From positions 1 through 45,988 of the IMG/VR virus record IMGVR_UViG_3300034147_000018: a DNA stretch of 45,988 bases; one strand, written 5' to 3'. Positions 7,931-17,495 of the stretch are shown here, one piece after another. The position numbers and the translations under genes were made by a program. Every line of letters starts with the position of its first letter. Positions within the stretch are counted from its first letter, which is position 1. The notes under the pieces were generated by a model that had not been told where the DNA came from, ran no database searches, and saw nothing but the letters and a program-made list of their open reading frames with translations. The stretch is from a virus. Taxonomy: Duplodnaviria > Caudoviricetes.

Positions 7931-10418
7931 CTACGTCCCTGGGATGGGCAACCGGGATGCAACCCTGATGTTTGTCGGGGAGGCACCCGGAGCAGCCGAG
8001 GATTACCTACAAGAGCCATTCGTCGGTAAGACTGGCGATCTCTTGTGGGAGATTTGCCGTGAGATAGGCATTGACAAGCGTGAGCTTTACATCACCAACG
8101 TCATCAAACAGCGGCCACCTGACAATAAGCTCAAGCGTCTATCAGAGATAGGCGTGACCATTGACGAGTCCATCAATCAGTTGTGGGACGAGATAAATGC
8201 CATACGTCCTAACTGCATAGTCGCGTTTGGCAACCTCGCTCTCAAGGCTGTAGCTGGGAAGGGTAATGGATTTGCAGGCATAATGAAATGGAGAGGGTCC
8301 ATCCTCAAGTCCACCCATCTCGACTATAAGGTAGTTCCCACCATCCATCCTGCTGCTCTACTTCACTCCGATGCAGAACTGACTGATGACATCCCACACG
8401 GCAAGAAGAAGGGACCTGTCAAATACTCCTTCCGTCATATCCTCAAGCTCGATCTGATCCGCGCGAAGAATGAGTCTACCTTCAAGCATTATGATGTGCC
8501 CCAGAGGGTCATTGAGATAGCTCGTGACTCTGTTCAACTTGGGCGCTTCCTAGATACATACAAGGACAAGCACCTAGTCAGCGTGGACATCGAGGTCTAC
8601 CGATCCATACCATTCTGTATTGGTTTGGCCTTCAATGAGTGGCACGCTGTATCAGTTCCTCTCCTTGATGTGTTCTCGTGGCAGAATCAAGAGGGAGTCC
8701 AGGAGCACCAGCTTGCAGAGATGTGGATTCAGATTGCCGAGCTACTAAACAATCCACAAATGCAGGTCATAGGGCAGAACTTCAAGTTCGACCAACGACA
8801 GCTAGCTAGGGTCTGTGGCATCAAGATTCATAAGCTCCACTGTGATACTTCTCTACTCGCTCACGCCCTTCATCCTGAGTTCCCCAAAGCTCTAGACTTT
8901 ACTACGTCCATTTATACCAAAGAGCCATACTACAAAGAGGAAGGAAAGGAGTTCAACTGGAAGAAGGACAAGATCGACCGAATCCTCAACTACAATGGCC
9001 GCGATGCTTGCGTCACTTTCGAGGTCTACCAAGAGATGCTCAAGGACGCGCGCGAAATTGTGGTGCCAGGATTTACAGATTGGGTAGATGAGTTCATCTT
9101 CGGTCATCAGATGAAGTTGCACGACTTCTACTATGACCTTGAGGATGTCGGTTTCAAGATCAACGAGGACAAGAGGAAGGAGCTTATACTTCTCTACCAG
9201 AAGAAGATCGACGATGCACAGGCTGAGCTGAACATGCTTGCAGGCTGGGAAGTAAACGTCAACTCCAAGCCTAAGTGTGCAGTTCTAGTCTACAATCAGC
9301 TCAAATTGCCACAGCGTAAGGGGACGAGTGAAGAAGTCCTTGTCGCTTTGATGGCTAACACTAAGAAGCTCGGCCCATCTGCTCGTCGGATACTGGAACT
9401 CATCCTCACTATTCGACGACTGTTGATGACGAAGCAGAAGATAGGTAGTCGCACCGACTTTGATGGACGGATGCGAACGGTCTATACTGTATGCGGAACT
9501 GAAACAGGTAGATCATCGACCAAGATTCAGAAGCCGCCAGTTCGTCCCTTCAAGATGGGGATGCCATTCCAGACTCTCACTAAGCACGGCGAAATTGGGA
9601 CTGAAGTTCGAGAGATGTTCGTAGCTGATGATGGGTATGTCATTGTCGAAATAGACATGTCCCAGGCAGAGGCTAGAATCGTAGCTTTATTCGCGCAGGA
9701 CAAGTATCTACAGGCTATGTTTGCGAAGAAGGCCGACGTCCATCGGCAGACCGCAGCATGGATATTCGGTGTCAATCCTGAAGATGTGACTCCTGAGCTA
9801 CGTTTCATCGGGAAGATTACGAGACACGCAGGCAACTACGACATGGGTAAGAAGAGGCTGGCTGAGCTGGTCAATACTGAGGCTAAGCGGCAGGGCATCA
9901 GTATCAACCTCTCTGAGTATAAGGCTGGCATCATCCTCAGCAAGTTCCATAGTAGCTCCCCCAACATCCGAGAGGTTTTCCATCTAGAGGTTCAACGATG
10001 CCTCATGGAAAACAACATGGTGCTTGTCAATCCGTATGGCAGGTATCGTCAGTTCTATGATAGGTGGGGTCGTGAGCTCTGGAAGGAAGCATATGCACAG
10101 CTACCGCAGTCGACTGTGCCAGACCATCTACGCCGTGGGGGAATGAGAGCTATACCACGATTCAAGAAGGAAGGAGTTGACGCACGCCTATGTTTGGAAG
10201 GACATGACTCTCTTGTAGGTCTTGTGCGCGAGGGCCATGTTGAGCAATACGTTCACATCATGAAAGAGGAGATCGAGAAACCTATCGACTTTTCAAGGTG
10301 CTCTATAAGTCGCGGTCAGCTAGTAATCCCAATCGAGGTCAAGGTTGGTAGAAACTATCGCGACTTTAATAAGAGGACTGGTGAGAATCCACATGGTCTA
10401 AAAGAACTAGCAGCCTAA
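7923..10418 (+). CDS. polA: Family A DNA polymerase with N-terminal family-4-like uracil-DNA glycosylase and 3'-5' exonuclease
   Basis: UDG: GEAPG, PFVG, TNVIKQRPP, HPAAL; Exo: DIE, NFKFD, YNGRD; Pol: TETGR, DMSQAE, RxxxKITRHAGNY, HDS. Confidence 0.93.
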   Translation: MPNYVPGMGNRDATLMFVGEAPGAAEDYLQEPFVGKTGDLLWEICREIGIDKRELYITNVIKQRPPDNKLKRLSEIGVTIDESINQLWDEINAIRPNCIVAFGNLALKAVAGKGNGFAGIMKWRGSILKSTHLDYKVVPTIHPAALLHSDAELTDDIPHGKKKGPVKYSFRHILKLDLIRAKNESTFKHYDVPQRVIEIARDSVQLGRFLDTYKDKHLVSVDIEVYRSIPFCIGLAFNEWHAVSVPLLDVFSWQNQEGVQEHQLAEMWIQIAELLNNPQMQVIGQNFKFDQRQLARVCGIKIHKLHCDTSLLAHALHPEFPKALDFTTSIYTKEPYYKEEGKEFNWKKDKIDRILNYNGRDACVTFEVYQEMLKDAREIVVPGFTDWVDEFIFGHQMKLHDFYYDLEDVGFKINEDKRKELILLYQKKIDDAQAELNMLAGWEVNVNSKPKCAVLVYNQLKLPQRKGTSEEVLVALMANTKKLGPSARRILELILTIRRLLMTKQKIGSRTDFDGRMRTVYTVCGTETGRSSTKIQKPPVRPFKMGMPFQTLTKHGEIGTEVREMFVADDGYVIVEIDMSQAEARIVALFAQDKYLQAMFAKKADVHRQTAAWIFGVNPEDVTPELRFIGKITRHAGNYDMGKKRLAELVNTEAKRQGISINLSEYKAGIILSKFHSSSPNIREVFHLEVQRCLMENNMVLVNPYGRYRQFYDRWGRELWKEAYAQLPQSTVPDHLRRGGMRAIPRFKKEGVDARLCLEGHDSLVGLVREGHVEQYVHIMKEEIEKPIDFSRCSISRGQLVIPIEVKVGRNYRDFNKRTGENPHGLKELAA

Positions 10419-10428
10419 GGACTCTATC

Positions 10429-11634
10429 GTGACGTTGACAGAGGCGGTTCTCCTCTACGCAAAGGACTCCGAGGCTCCGAGAAAATACTACTATTGGTCC
10501 ACCCTCGCGGCAATAGCTGGTGTCATCAAGGACCGTGTAGTCTTAGACAAGTTCTACTATAAGCTAGCTCCCAACATCTTTGTCCTGCTTGTTGGTCGCT
10601 CTGGCTTGAGGAAGGGTGCGCCTGTAGCATTAGCCAAAACCCTCGTAGCAGCAGCCGATACGACTAAGCTGTTTTCAGGGCGCGTATCGATTCAGGGGGT
10701 CATTTCTGGGCTATCCAAAGTCGAGACGAAGAAGAGTGGCGGGCCACCCCAGATGGACGCTGCTGGCTACCTGTCAGCTAGTGAGTTCGCTTCGTTCATA
10801 ATCGAGGATAAGTCCGCACTAACCATTCTTACCGACCTATATGACGGCCATTATAATCCTGAATGGTCGTATATGCTACGCAACTCACCCACAGAAAAGC
10901 TCAAAGCTCCATGCCTGACTCTACTAGGAGCCTCAAATGAAGTTCACCTTAAAGATGCCCTTCCAGACAATGCTATTGGTGGAGGTTTTGTTGCTAGAAC
11001 CTTCATTGTATATGCGAGCAAGAAGCATGGAATTAACTCTCTTACAGACAGACCAGAAAATAGTCTCCCTTACGAATACTTGGTCTCACGGATTCAGGAG
11101 ATCGCGAGAGCTAAAGGGGAGTTTAAGTATTCTAAGCGGGGAAAGGACTTATACAACCAGTGGTATCAGAAGTTCCAGGAAGTTGAGGAACTTGAGGACT
11201 CGACTGGTACAATGGAGCGTCTACACGACCACATACTGAAGGTCGCTATGCTGGTCAGTCTTTCTAGAAAAACGGATCTGGTCCTAGAATACGAGGACGT
11301 AGAGGAATCAATACGAGCTTGCCAGGATACGATTCCTGGGATGAAGCGGATTACTCTTGGTGGGTCTGGGAAGTCTATCTCTGCCCCAGGAACAGCAGTT
11401 CTATTGAGGGAATTGCTGATGAATCCGCAACACGAAATCTCGCGGACTATGGCCCTACAGAAGCATTGGTCACACTTCGACTTCTCTGAGCTGGACAGGA
11501 TAGCCGAGTCCCTATTTGCTCAGAAGGCCATAACCATACAGCCGAAGAGAGATAGTGATGGGAAGGTCGAGGTTTTCTACGTCCTTAACCCTAAGGTTTT
11601 GGAGCGTTATCGGGAGAAGAACAGCGAAGAATAG
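10429..11634 (+). CDS. DUF3987/YfjI-like P-loop ATPase (putative replicative helicase)
   Basis: PNIFVLLVGRSGLRKG, SASEF, LTDLYD, GGGFVAR; directly follows polA. Confidence 0.7.
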   Translation: MTLTEAVLLYAKDSEAPRKYYYWSTLAAIAGVIKDRVVLDKFYYKLAPNIFVLLVGRSGLRKGAPVALAKTLVAAADTTKLFSGRVSIQGVISGLSKVETKKSGGPPQMDAAGYLSASEFASFIIEDKSALTILTDLYDGHYNPEWSYMLRNSPTEKLKAPCLTLLGASNEVHLKDALPDNAIGGGFVARTFIVYASKKHGINSLTDRPENSLPYEYLVSRIQEIARAKGEFKYSKRGKDLYNQWYQKFQEVEELEDSTGTMERLHDHILKVAMLVSLSRKTDLVLEYEDVEESIRACQDTIPGMKRITLGGSGKSISAPGTAVLLRELLMNPQHEISRTMALQKHWSHFDFSELDRIAESLFAQKAITIQPKRDSDGKVEVFYVLNPKVLERYREKNSEE

Positions 11635-11768
11635 CGCGCTCGACAGTAGGCGTGTTGGTTAGGTTTACGTCCTCATCCTCACGACATCTCTCAAGCTCGC
11701 TTGGACCGAACAGAAGGTAGGAGTTATGCTCGTACTTGATGCAAGCAGGGGTTGACAGGAGAACAGCT

Positions 11769-12020
11769 ATGATCGCTATCCTAGGACCATCATACATTCG
11801 TGTGAAAGAGTTTGCAGACAAGCACAACCTCCTAGTTCTACCACTCATAGGGACCAGTAAAGTACCAGTCCAAGCTATAGCTATATGTGGAGTAAACGAT
11901 GCTAGAAGGTTGGATAGTTGTGAGCTACACGGTATCGTTGTACTGCCAGGATTCAAGACCAATGTCGTAGACGCGGATCACATCTATGCTAAGGCACTCT
12001 CCCGCTTGCGCTGGATCTAG
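11769..12020 (+). CDS. Hypothetical protein
   Basis: AGGAG RBS before ATG 11769; ends abutting the convergent gene. Confidence 0.5.
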   Translation: MIAILGPSYIRVKEFADKHNLLVLPLIGTSKVPVQAIAICGVNDARRLDSCELHGIVVLPGFKTNVVDADHIYAKALSRLRWI

Positions 12021-15000
12021 TTATCTTGGTCTGCTACGACCTCCACCGCTCTGACCTTGTGCTCTGATAGCTGCTGCTAGTCCAGTTCCGATGAATGGGA
12101 CCGCCCGCGCTCCAAAGGCTGCTAGACCTCTACCGCCACTTGCCATATCTCTCATGCCCTCACGCTGTTTGTTACGAGGAAGCATCCCAACGGCTCCACT
12201 GCCAGTCTTGATAGCACCATGTCCGACCTTGAGTAGATTCGGTGCGACATCGAAAATGTCACCAAGAACAGGACCGACTGCGCTACTAGCTAGGCCAGAT
12301 TTCCCATATCCAGCGGCTTCGTAGAGATCCCCGATATATCCCAATGTCCACGCTTGGGCTATGTTGTTGAGGATCCTTTCGTAGCTCTGTCCTCTCTCCT
12401 TGACAGCCTTCTCTATCGCATCCTTGAAGTCGAACTCTCCTGAGCCTATTGCTACTCCAGTCCCTTTAAGGACAGCGTTAGCATCCCCGATGGCCTCACC
12501 GAGCATCAATGAGCTACCAAGAATATAGGCAGATGCCTTCACAGGGCCGACTGTCTCCATCGCCCTCTTGAGATTTCGACTCTGTTGGAAGGCGTATCTC
12601 TTGAAAAGCAGATAGAGCCTAGCTTCCGGGACATCGGTCCACTTCGGTGGAAGGTCTATAGATGATGCACGTCCCTGAGTGACCTCTGCCATTCGTGCGC
12701 CAACCCTGTTTTGCAGCGTTCGAGGGAGGCTTTTCATCCTAATGACGTCATCAGCCTTCTCGAGGAACAAATCTTCAACCTGCAAGCGCAGTCTCTTGTT
12801 GGTTGGATTTTTCTTTATCTGCTGGAAAAGCTCGGTAGCCTTGTGTTTCCCTGCGATAGCTGCTACAGTTCTGATGAACCGCTCAGCCCCAGCGATACCG
12901 AAATATTTAGCAGCACCATGAGGGCCACCTATGTCCTTTACAAGCTCTTGTAGGACAGGCTGGAGTGCTCCAGTTATCTCAGCTTTTGTCATCGAGACAG
13001 TCGGGCTGAACACTGTCTCAGCTAGTGCCTTACCGGTGTTAGCTAGACCAGCACGAGCAGGGATCATGTGAAGCTGTGCGAGATTGTTCAGGATGAACTT
13101 GGACAGTTTCGTCTTGGTCTGAAGGTCGATCAGGAACTCGTTTCCTCTAGCCCATGCAGGCTCCATAGGCTCGATACGGCCAAGATACTTATCGATGATT
13201 TTCTCTACACGAATCGGGTCATCGGTCTGTTCGATCATTAGGGAGATAGGACTATCGGGAGAGGCAGTATCCATCTTCCCAAAGTTCCTAGCCTGAATGA
13301 TGCGCTTGGCCATGTCATCGTAGTGCTGATAGTCTACGTTGATGTCTGTGCGATAGCCAGGAGCATTGACGATACGACCGTGTTGGGGGTCGATAAGGCG
13401 CTCGTTATACTCAGTAGCCTTATTGAGAATGGTCTGAGCCTCTTTCATGGTATAGGGACGCCAATTACCTTTAGAGTCTGTGACTCCCTCTTCCATGATA
13501 GTCTTGAGCGCGCTTTGTTTGTTCTTGAAGAACTCCGGTGGATAGATGTGGGCGAAGTGGTTTGCCATGCGCTCGAATGGGACCATCTTTTTGCCCACTC
13601 GCATACCAAGCCCAAGTTTGTCGACTAGGTCCATGACCATATCATCGACATCGTGGTACTTTTCCAAGGCATCTGCCACCTTCTGATTCATTGGTGGCGC
13701 ATCCACATCACGAGCTTGGATGTAGTTGCGAAGCTCATCGGGAGAAAGACCACTGGTTATCTGCTTGAGGCGCGCATTGATGGTCCCAGCGAACTGCTCC
13801 TCATCAAGTCGACTCTTTTGGAGCAGAATAGCGAGATCCTCACCACCTAGATTCTTGATTGTAGTCAGACCTGAAGTGGCGAAGTCATCATACATGCGCT
13901 TGAGGTCAGAAGCCCTCTCATCTGCAAGAGGACCAGGCACACCTTCCTCATCTCGCAGGAACTTCCTGAAGAATCCCTCAGCCTTATCGGAGGAGAGGAG
14001 TGGAGTCTTAGGAGATGTGGGAGCTTTAGGAGGAGGACGACGACCTACGAATCCGCTCTCATCTTTCAGGAGATTGAGTGGACGAGAGGGAGCCTCATTG
14101 CGAGCATAGCGGATAAGATCGGCCTTAAACTCTGGACCACCGTAATCATCGGCTACAGCCTCGACAGCCTGCTCAAGAGTCTCACCACTATCTATCCGAT
14201 TTATCACACGCTCATGTGCGTCACTCAGTTTTGATTTATACTCATCATCCCACGAACTGATAAGCGCATTTTTGCTAGTGAGCGAAGGATTAGGTTCTGC
14301 CGCATCGAAGAATCTGTTGACCTTGTTGAGAACCGCATCTACTGAGGCCTTCTCGTCGAAGAAGAGGTATTGATCTGCTCCACCTGGGACATGAACATCC
14401 ACATAGAAGTTGTTACGTCCACCAGGTGTTACCGATGCGTCGACAAGAGCTTCAGCCTGTGGTCTAGTCATTCGAGCGTAGACCTCACCGCTGCCACCCT
14501 GGGTGAAGCGCATGACGCCACTCTCTAGAGTCTCTTGCAGACCTAGACCGAGATTACCTGTAGCCTCACTGTGCTGCCAGGATGTATGAGATAGTCTGTG
14601 ACCATCAGGGAGGACGAACCTTGTACTTCCTAGATTCTGAGCTGTGGGCAATCCCTTTCTCATCCTCTCAACGATAGGATGGGATGGAGCCGTCATGCCC
14701 TGACCCGTTGGTGTCGCAGGTCGAACAGGTTCAGGGACATTGAATCTCTTGTTCCTGAGAATGTTATGGATAGCATCCTCTCTTGTGTACCCAAGGAAGG
14801 ACTTAGTGAAATCCTGCTCTCCGTTTAGATGCCAGACGCCGGTTCCGAACTGGTCAGTGTCCCTGAAAATCTGGACTTTCTTACCGTTTGGCAATTCGAC
14901 ATCATAGTTGTGAGTCTCGTTGAAGTCCTTTGCACGGGTGATTCTCACACCGTCAGGACGCGCTGGTTTCTTACCGGCAAATCCACCTTCCTCGCCAACC

Positions 15001-16346
15001 AACGGGAACTTGTCCTTGATACGCGCCCACAGAGATGGACGCTGACGAGCCTCAGTAACAGCAGCCTTATCGCCAGTAGATGCGAGGAACTCCACATCTG
15101 CATCTTTTGTCTTAGCATAGGGCCGCTCTACAGAGAACTTCGGTTCAACCTTCGGTGGGACGTTTCGAGGTGGAGCAACAGGCTGAACTGGCTCTATCGG
15201 TGGAACAACACCTCTAGGAACAGGTCCAGGAGCACCTTCAATCGGCGGAATCTGCCCACCACTGAAAGAGCGAGGACCTACGGGAGAAACTGGAGGTAGC
15301 TCTCTCCTCATGAAGATATTGCCGTAGGGATTAGTCTGAGGAAGAATGTCCCTGACAGGAGCCAGTGGAGTAGATACAGGCGGTCCCTCAATAGCAGACA
15401 GACCCGGACCTATATCCCTTATTCTAGCCTGTGCATCTGCCCAATTACGGACAGGCGCGCGCTCTGGTGGTATTCCCTGACCACCGACGAATGTGCGTGG
15501 TGGAATGTTAGGAGCCTCGATATCACCTATAGCAGTCCCGTATTGACCACCATAGAATGTCCTCTCTGGGAAAGTCCCACCGACAGGAGGCAGCCCTCGA
15601 TCAGTGATAGCAGGTAGTCCACCAGTGGGAGGAGAAGGAGGAAGTTTACCCTCTCCTACGACACGGAACTCCGCATCAACAAAACCAGGACCAGGCTGAA
15701 GAATCTGTCCCTTTCCAAACCTCATTCCGCCCGGAGGTCCACCAGGAGGTGGAGGAGGAGCGACTGGATTTGCAGGCCCGATGCCAGTCCCAGGAGCCTT
15801 TGGAGTAGGCCCACGATAGGGATACTTCAGGCCCAGATATCCACCTAGACCCTCTGCCACACCTGCGAACTTGTCACGAGTCTTATCAGCAGTAGCAGCC
15901 TGATAAGCTCCATGACCCATCATGCCAGCCCCACCAGCTTGCTGTGCTCTGACAAGTCCCTGTGATACTCCAGTCAGTCCAGCTCTAGCTGCTGCTCCAG
16001 TTCCAAACGTGAGAGCAGTTAGGCCAAGACCGATAGGAGATGTCATCCCACTGCCGATATCGCCAAGCAACTCAGCTCCAGCACCAGCCCCCATGAAACC
16101 ACGACGCATCCATGAGGGACCGATACCTACCTCTCCCATCTGATAGAGAGGCTCAGCGACGTAGTTCTTCATGAATCGACTTGGAGCGTCGGTGAGAGGA
16201 GTATTTCCCCACTCCCACCATCCAGGGTTCTCCTGTCGATGGATGAAATCCTGAGCGTCAAGCCTAGTGGGAGGAGTCGGTTGACCCCACGGCATGTTGT
16301 AGGTCTTGCCAGTCTTATTGTCGGTGACTGGATAGTAGGTAGGCAT
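12021..16346 (-). CDS. Large internal virion/DNA ejection protein with polyvalent-like inserted modules
   Basis: 1441 aa, last gene of the virion operon; Gly/Ala hydrophobic segments, long Pro-rich linker, helical C-terminus. Confidence 0.7.
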   Translation of the reverse strand: MPTYYPVTDNKTGKTYNMPWGQPTPPTRLDAQDFIHRQENPGWWEWGNTPLTDAPSRFMKNYVAEPLYQMGEVGIGPSWMRRGFMGAGAGAELLGDIGSGMTSPIGLGLTALTFGTGAAARAGLTGVSQGLVRAQQAGGAGMMGHGAYQAATADKTRDKFAGVAEGLGGYLGLKYPYRGPTPKAPGTGIGPANPVAPPPPPGGPPGGMRFGKGQILQPGPGFVDAEFRVVGEGKLPPSPPTGGLPAITDRGLPPVGGTFPERTFYGGQYGTAIGDIEAPNIPPRTFVGGQGIPPERAPVRNWADAQARIRDIGPGLSAIEGPPVSTPLAPVRDILPQTNPYGNIFMRRELPPVSPVGPRSFSGGQIPPIEGAPGPVPRGVVPPIEPVQPVAPPRNVPPKVEPKFSVERPYAKTKDADVEFLASTGDKAAVTEARQRPSLWARIKDKFPLVGEEGGFAGKKPARPDGVRITRAKDFNETHNYDVELPNGKKVQIFRDTDQFGTGVWHLNGEQDFTKSFLGYTREDAIHNILRNKRFNVPEPVRPATPTGQGMTAPSHPIVERMRKGLPTAQNLGSTRFVLPDGHRLSHTSWQHSEATGNLGLGLQETLESGVMRFTQGGSGEVYARMTRPQAEALVDASVTPGGRNNFYVDVHVPGGADQYLFFDEKASVDAVLNKVNRFFDAAEPNPSLTSKNALISSWDDEYKSKLSDAHERVINRIDSGETLEQAVEAVADDYGGPEFKADLIRYARNEAPSRPLNLLKDESGFVGRRPPPKAPTSPKTPLLSSDKAEGFFRKFLRDEEGVPGPLADERASDLKRMYDDFATSGLTTIKNLGGEDLAILLQKSRLDEEQFAGTINARLKQITSGLSPDELRNYIQARDVDAPPMNQKVADALEKYHDVDDMVMDLVDKLGLGMRVGKKMVPFERMANHFAHIYPPEFFKNKQSALKTIMEEGVTDSKGNWRPYTMKEAQTILNKATEYNERLIDPQHGRIVNAPGYRTDINVDYQHYDDMAKRIIQARNFGKMDTASPDSPISLMIEQTDDPIRVEKIIDKYLGRIEPMEPAWARGNEFLIDLQTKTKLSKFILNNLAQLHMIPARAGLANTGKALAETVFSPTVSMTKAEITGALQPVLQELVKDIGGPHGAAKYFGIAGAERFIRTVAAIAGKHKATELFQQIKKNPTNKRLRLQVEDLFLEKADDVIRMKSLPRTLQNRVGARMAEVTQGRASSIDLPPKWTDVPEARLYLLFKRYAFQQSRNLKRAMETVGPVKASAYILGSSLMLGEAIGDANAVLKGTGVAIGSGEFDFKDAIEKAVKERGQSYERILNNIAQAWTLGYIGDLYEAAGYGKSGLASSAVGPVLGDIFDVAPNLLKVGHGAIKTGSGAVGMLPRNKQREGMRDMASGGRGLAAFGARAVPFIGTGLAAAIRAQGQSGGGRSRPR

Positions 16347-17476
16347 TAGTAGGGGTCCTCGGCCTCGAACGGCTCACCGAAGGTTATGCCACCAAGATCA
16401 TCGAAGTTCCCTAGACCACCAATGCGGTTGGTCTGGATAACACTTAGAGTTTGAGCTTCAAGGTCTTTGAGGAACTGATCATACAATGGGTCATCGGCCA
16501 TACCCGGCATGAGGGTATAAGCCCCATTGTCGGATACGTCAATGAACTTCTCATAGCCAGGACGAGTTATCATAGTCTGGAGGGCAGTATCCATCGCAGA
16601 GGTCACTCCCTGTGGAGTTGCTACTCCTCTTTGGACTAGACTCTCTCTGAGATAGTCGAGATTCTGCTTACGAGTCTCGATTAGAGATGCCGTATTGCCC
16701 CGACTGGTGATAGCGTTGAATCGGTTTGTCTCAGCGTTAGTCTCAGCAGTTGTCGCATTTCTCGCAGCGGTCGCAGCATTGGCAGCCTCAACGGTTCGAC
16801 CATCGACCTTGATTGCTGGCCGATTACCATTGATGTCTACATACCACACGCTACCATCGGCCTGCTTGATCTCTTTCATGCCGGAGGCTGCGAGATTATC
16901 GATGTATGCTTTTGCTCTGGATCTTTCGATCTCAGTTCTCTCCCTAGCTTCAGCCGTGGTAGCTACGTACTTATCATAGTCCAGCCCAAAGTTCTGAGCG
17001 GCCATGAGATCGTCCATCTGATACTGCCGCTCCTTCATCTCAAGATTGGCAGACTCACCGAGGCCAGCGAGCTTGTTCTTGTAGTCTGCTAGGGCCTGCT
17101 CATATGGACCGTGAGTGACACCCCGTCCCAATGCCATACCAGTAGCAGGACTATCACCATATGCCCCAGCGAAACTTGTAAGAGCAGCAGCAAGTCTCTG
17201 TGCCTTACTTGGAGCATACTGGTCATATGTCGGTTGCTCATTCAGAGCTTGCTGATAAGCTGTAACAGCAGGGCCAGTCTCGCGCATCTGCTGTAATCTC
17301 TCGAAATACTGCTGACCCCTCGTTTTCTCTGGGGTTCCCTGTTCAGCAGATGGTGGAGTTGTAGGAAACAGACCAGTATAGAACCTCTTGGAACTATCCT
17401 GTATCGTCTGAGGTTGCCCAAAGACGCTCTGAAACCTCATTGAGGAGTAGGGATTTTCGTAATCTGGATATGCCAT
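16346..17476 (-). CDS. Internal virion/ejection protein
   Basis: position, helical Ala/Gln-rich sequence; likely start ATG 17476 with RBS. Confidence 0.6.
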   Translation of the reverse strand: MAYPDYENPYSSMRFQSVFGQPQTIQDSSKRFYTGLFPTTPPSAEQGTPEKTRGQQYFERLQQMRETGPAVTAYQQALNEQPTYDQYAPSKAQRLAAALTSFAGAYGDSPATGMALGRGVTHGPYEQALADYKNKLAGLGESANLEMKERQYQMDDLMAAQNFGLDYDKYVATTAEARERTEIERSRAKAYIDNLAASGMKEIKQADGSVWYVDINGNRPAIKVDGRTVEAANAATAARNATTAETNAETNRFNAITSRGNTASLIETRKQNLDYLRESLVQRGVATPQGVTSAMDTALQTMITRPGYEKFIDVSDNGAYTLMPGMADDPLYDQFLKDLEAQTLSVIQTNRIGGLGNFDDLGGITFGEPFEAEDPY

Positions 17477-17495
17477 GATTTTTCCTATCCCCCTA

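Noticed and set aside
15125-15136. GAAC-N4-GTTC (Gram-positive SOS-box-like) sequence
   Set aside because: Single copy inside a CDS, expected by chance
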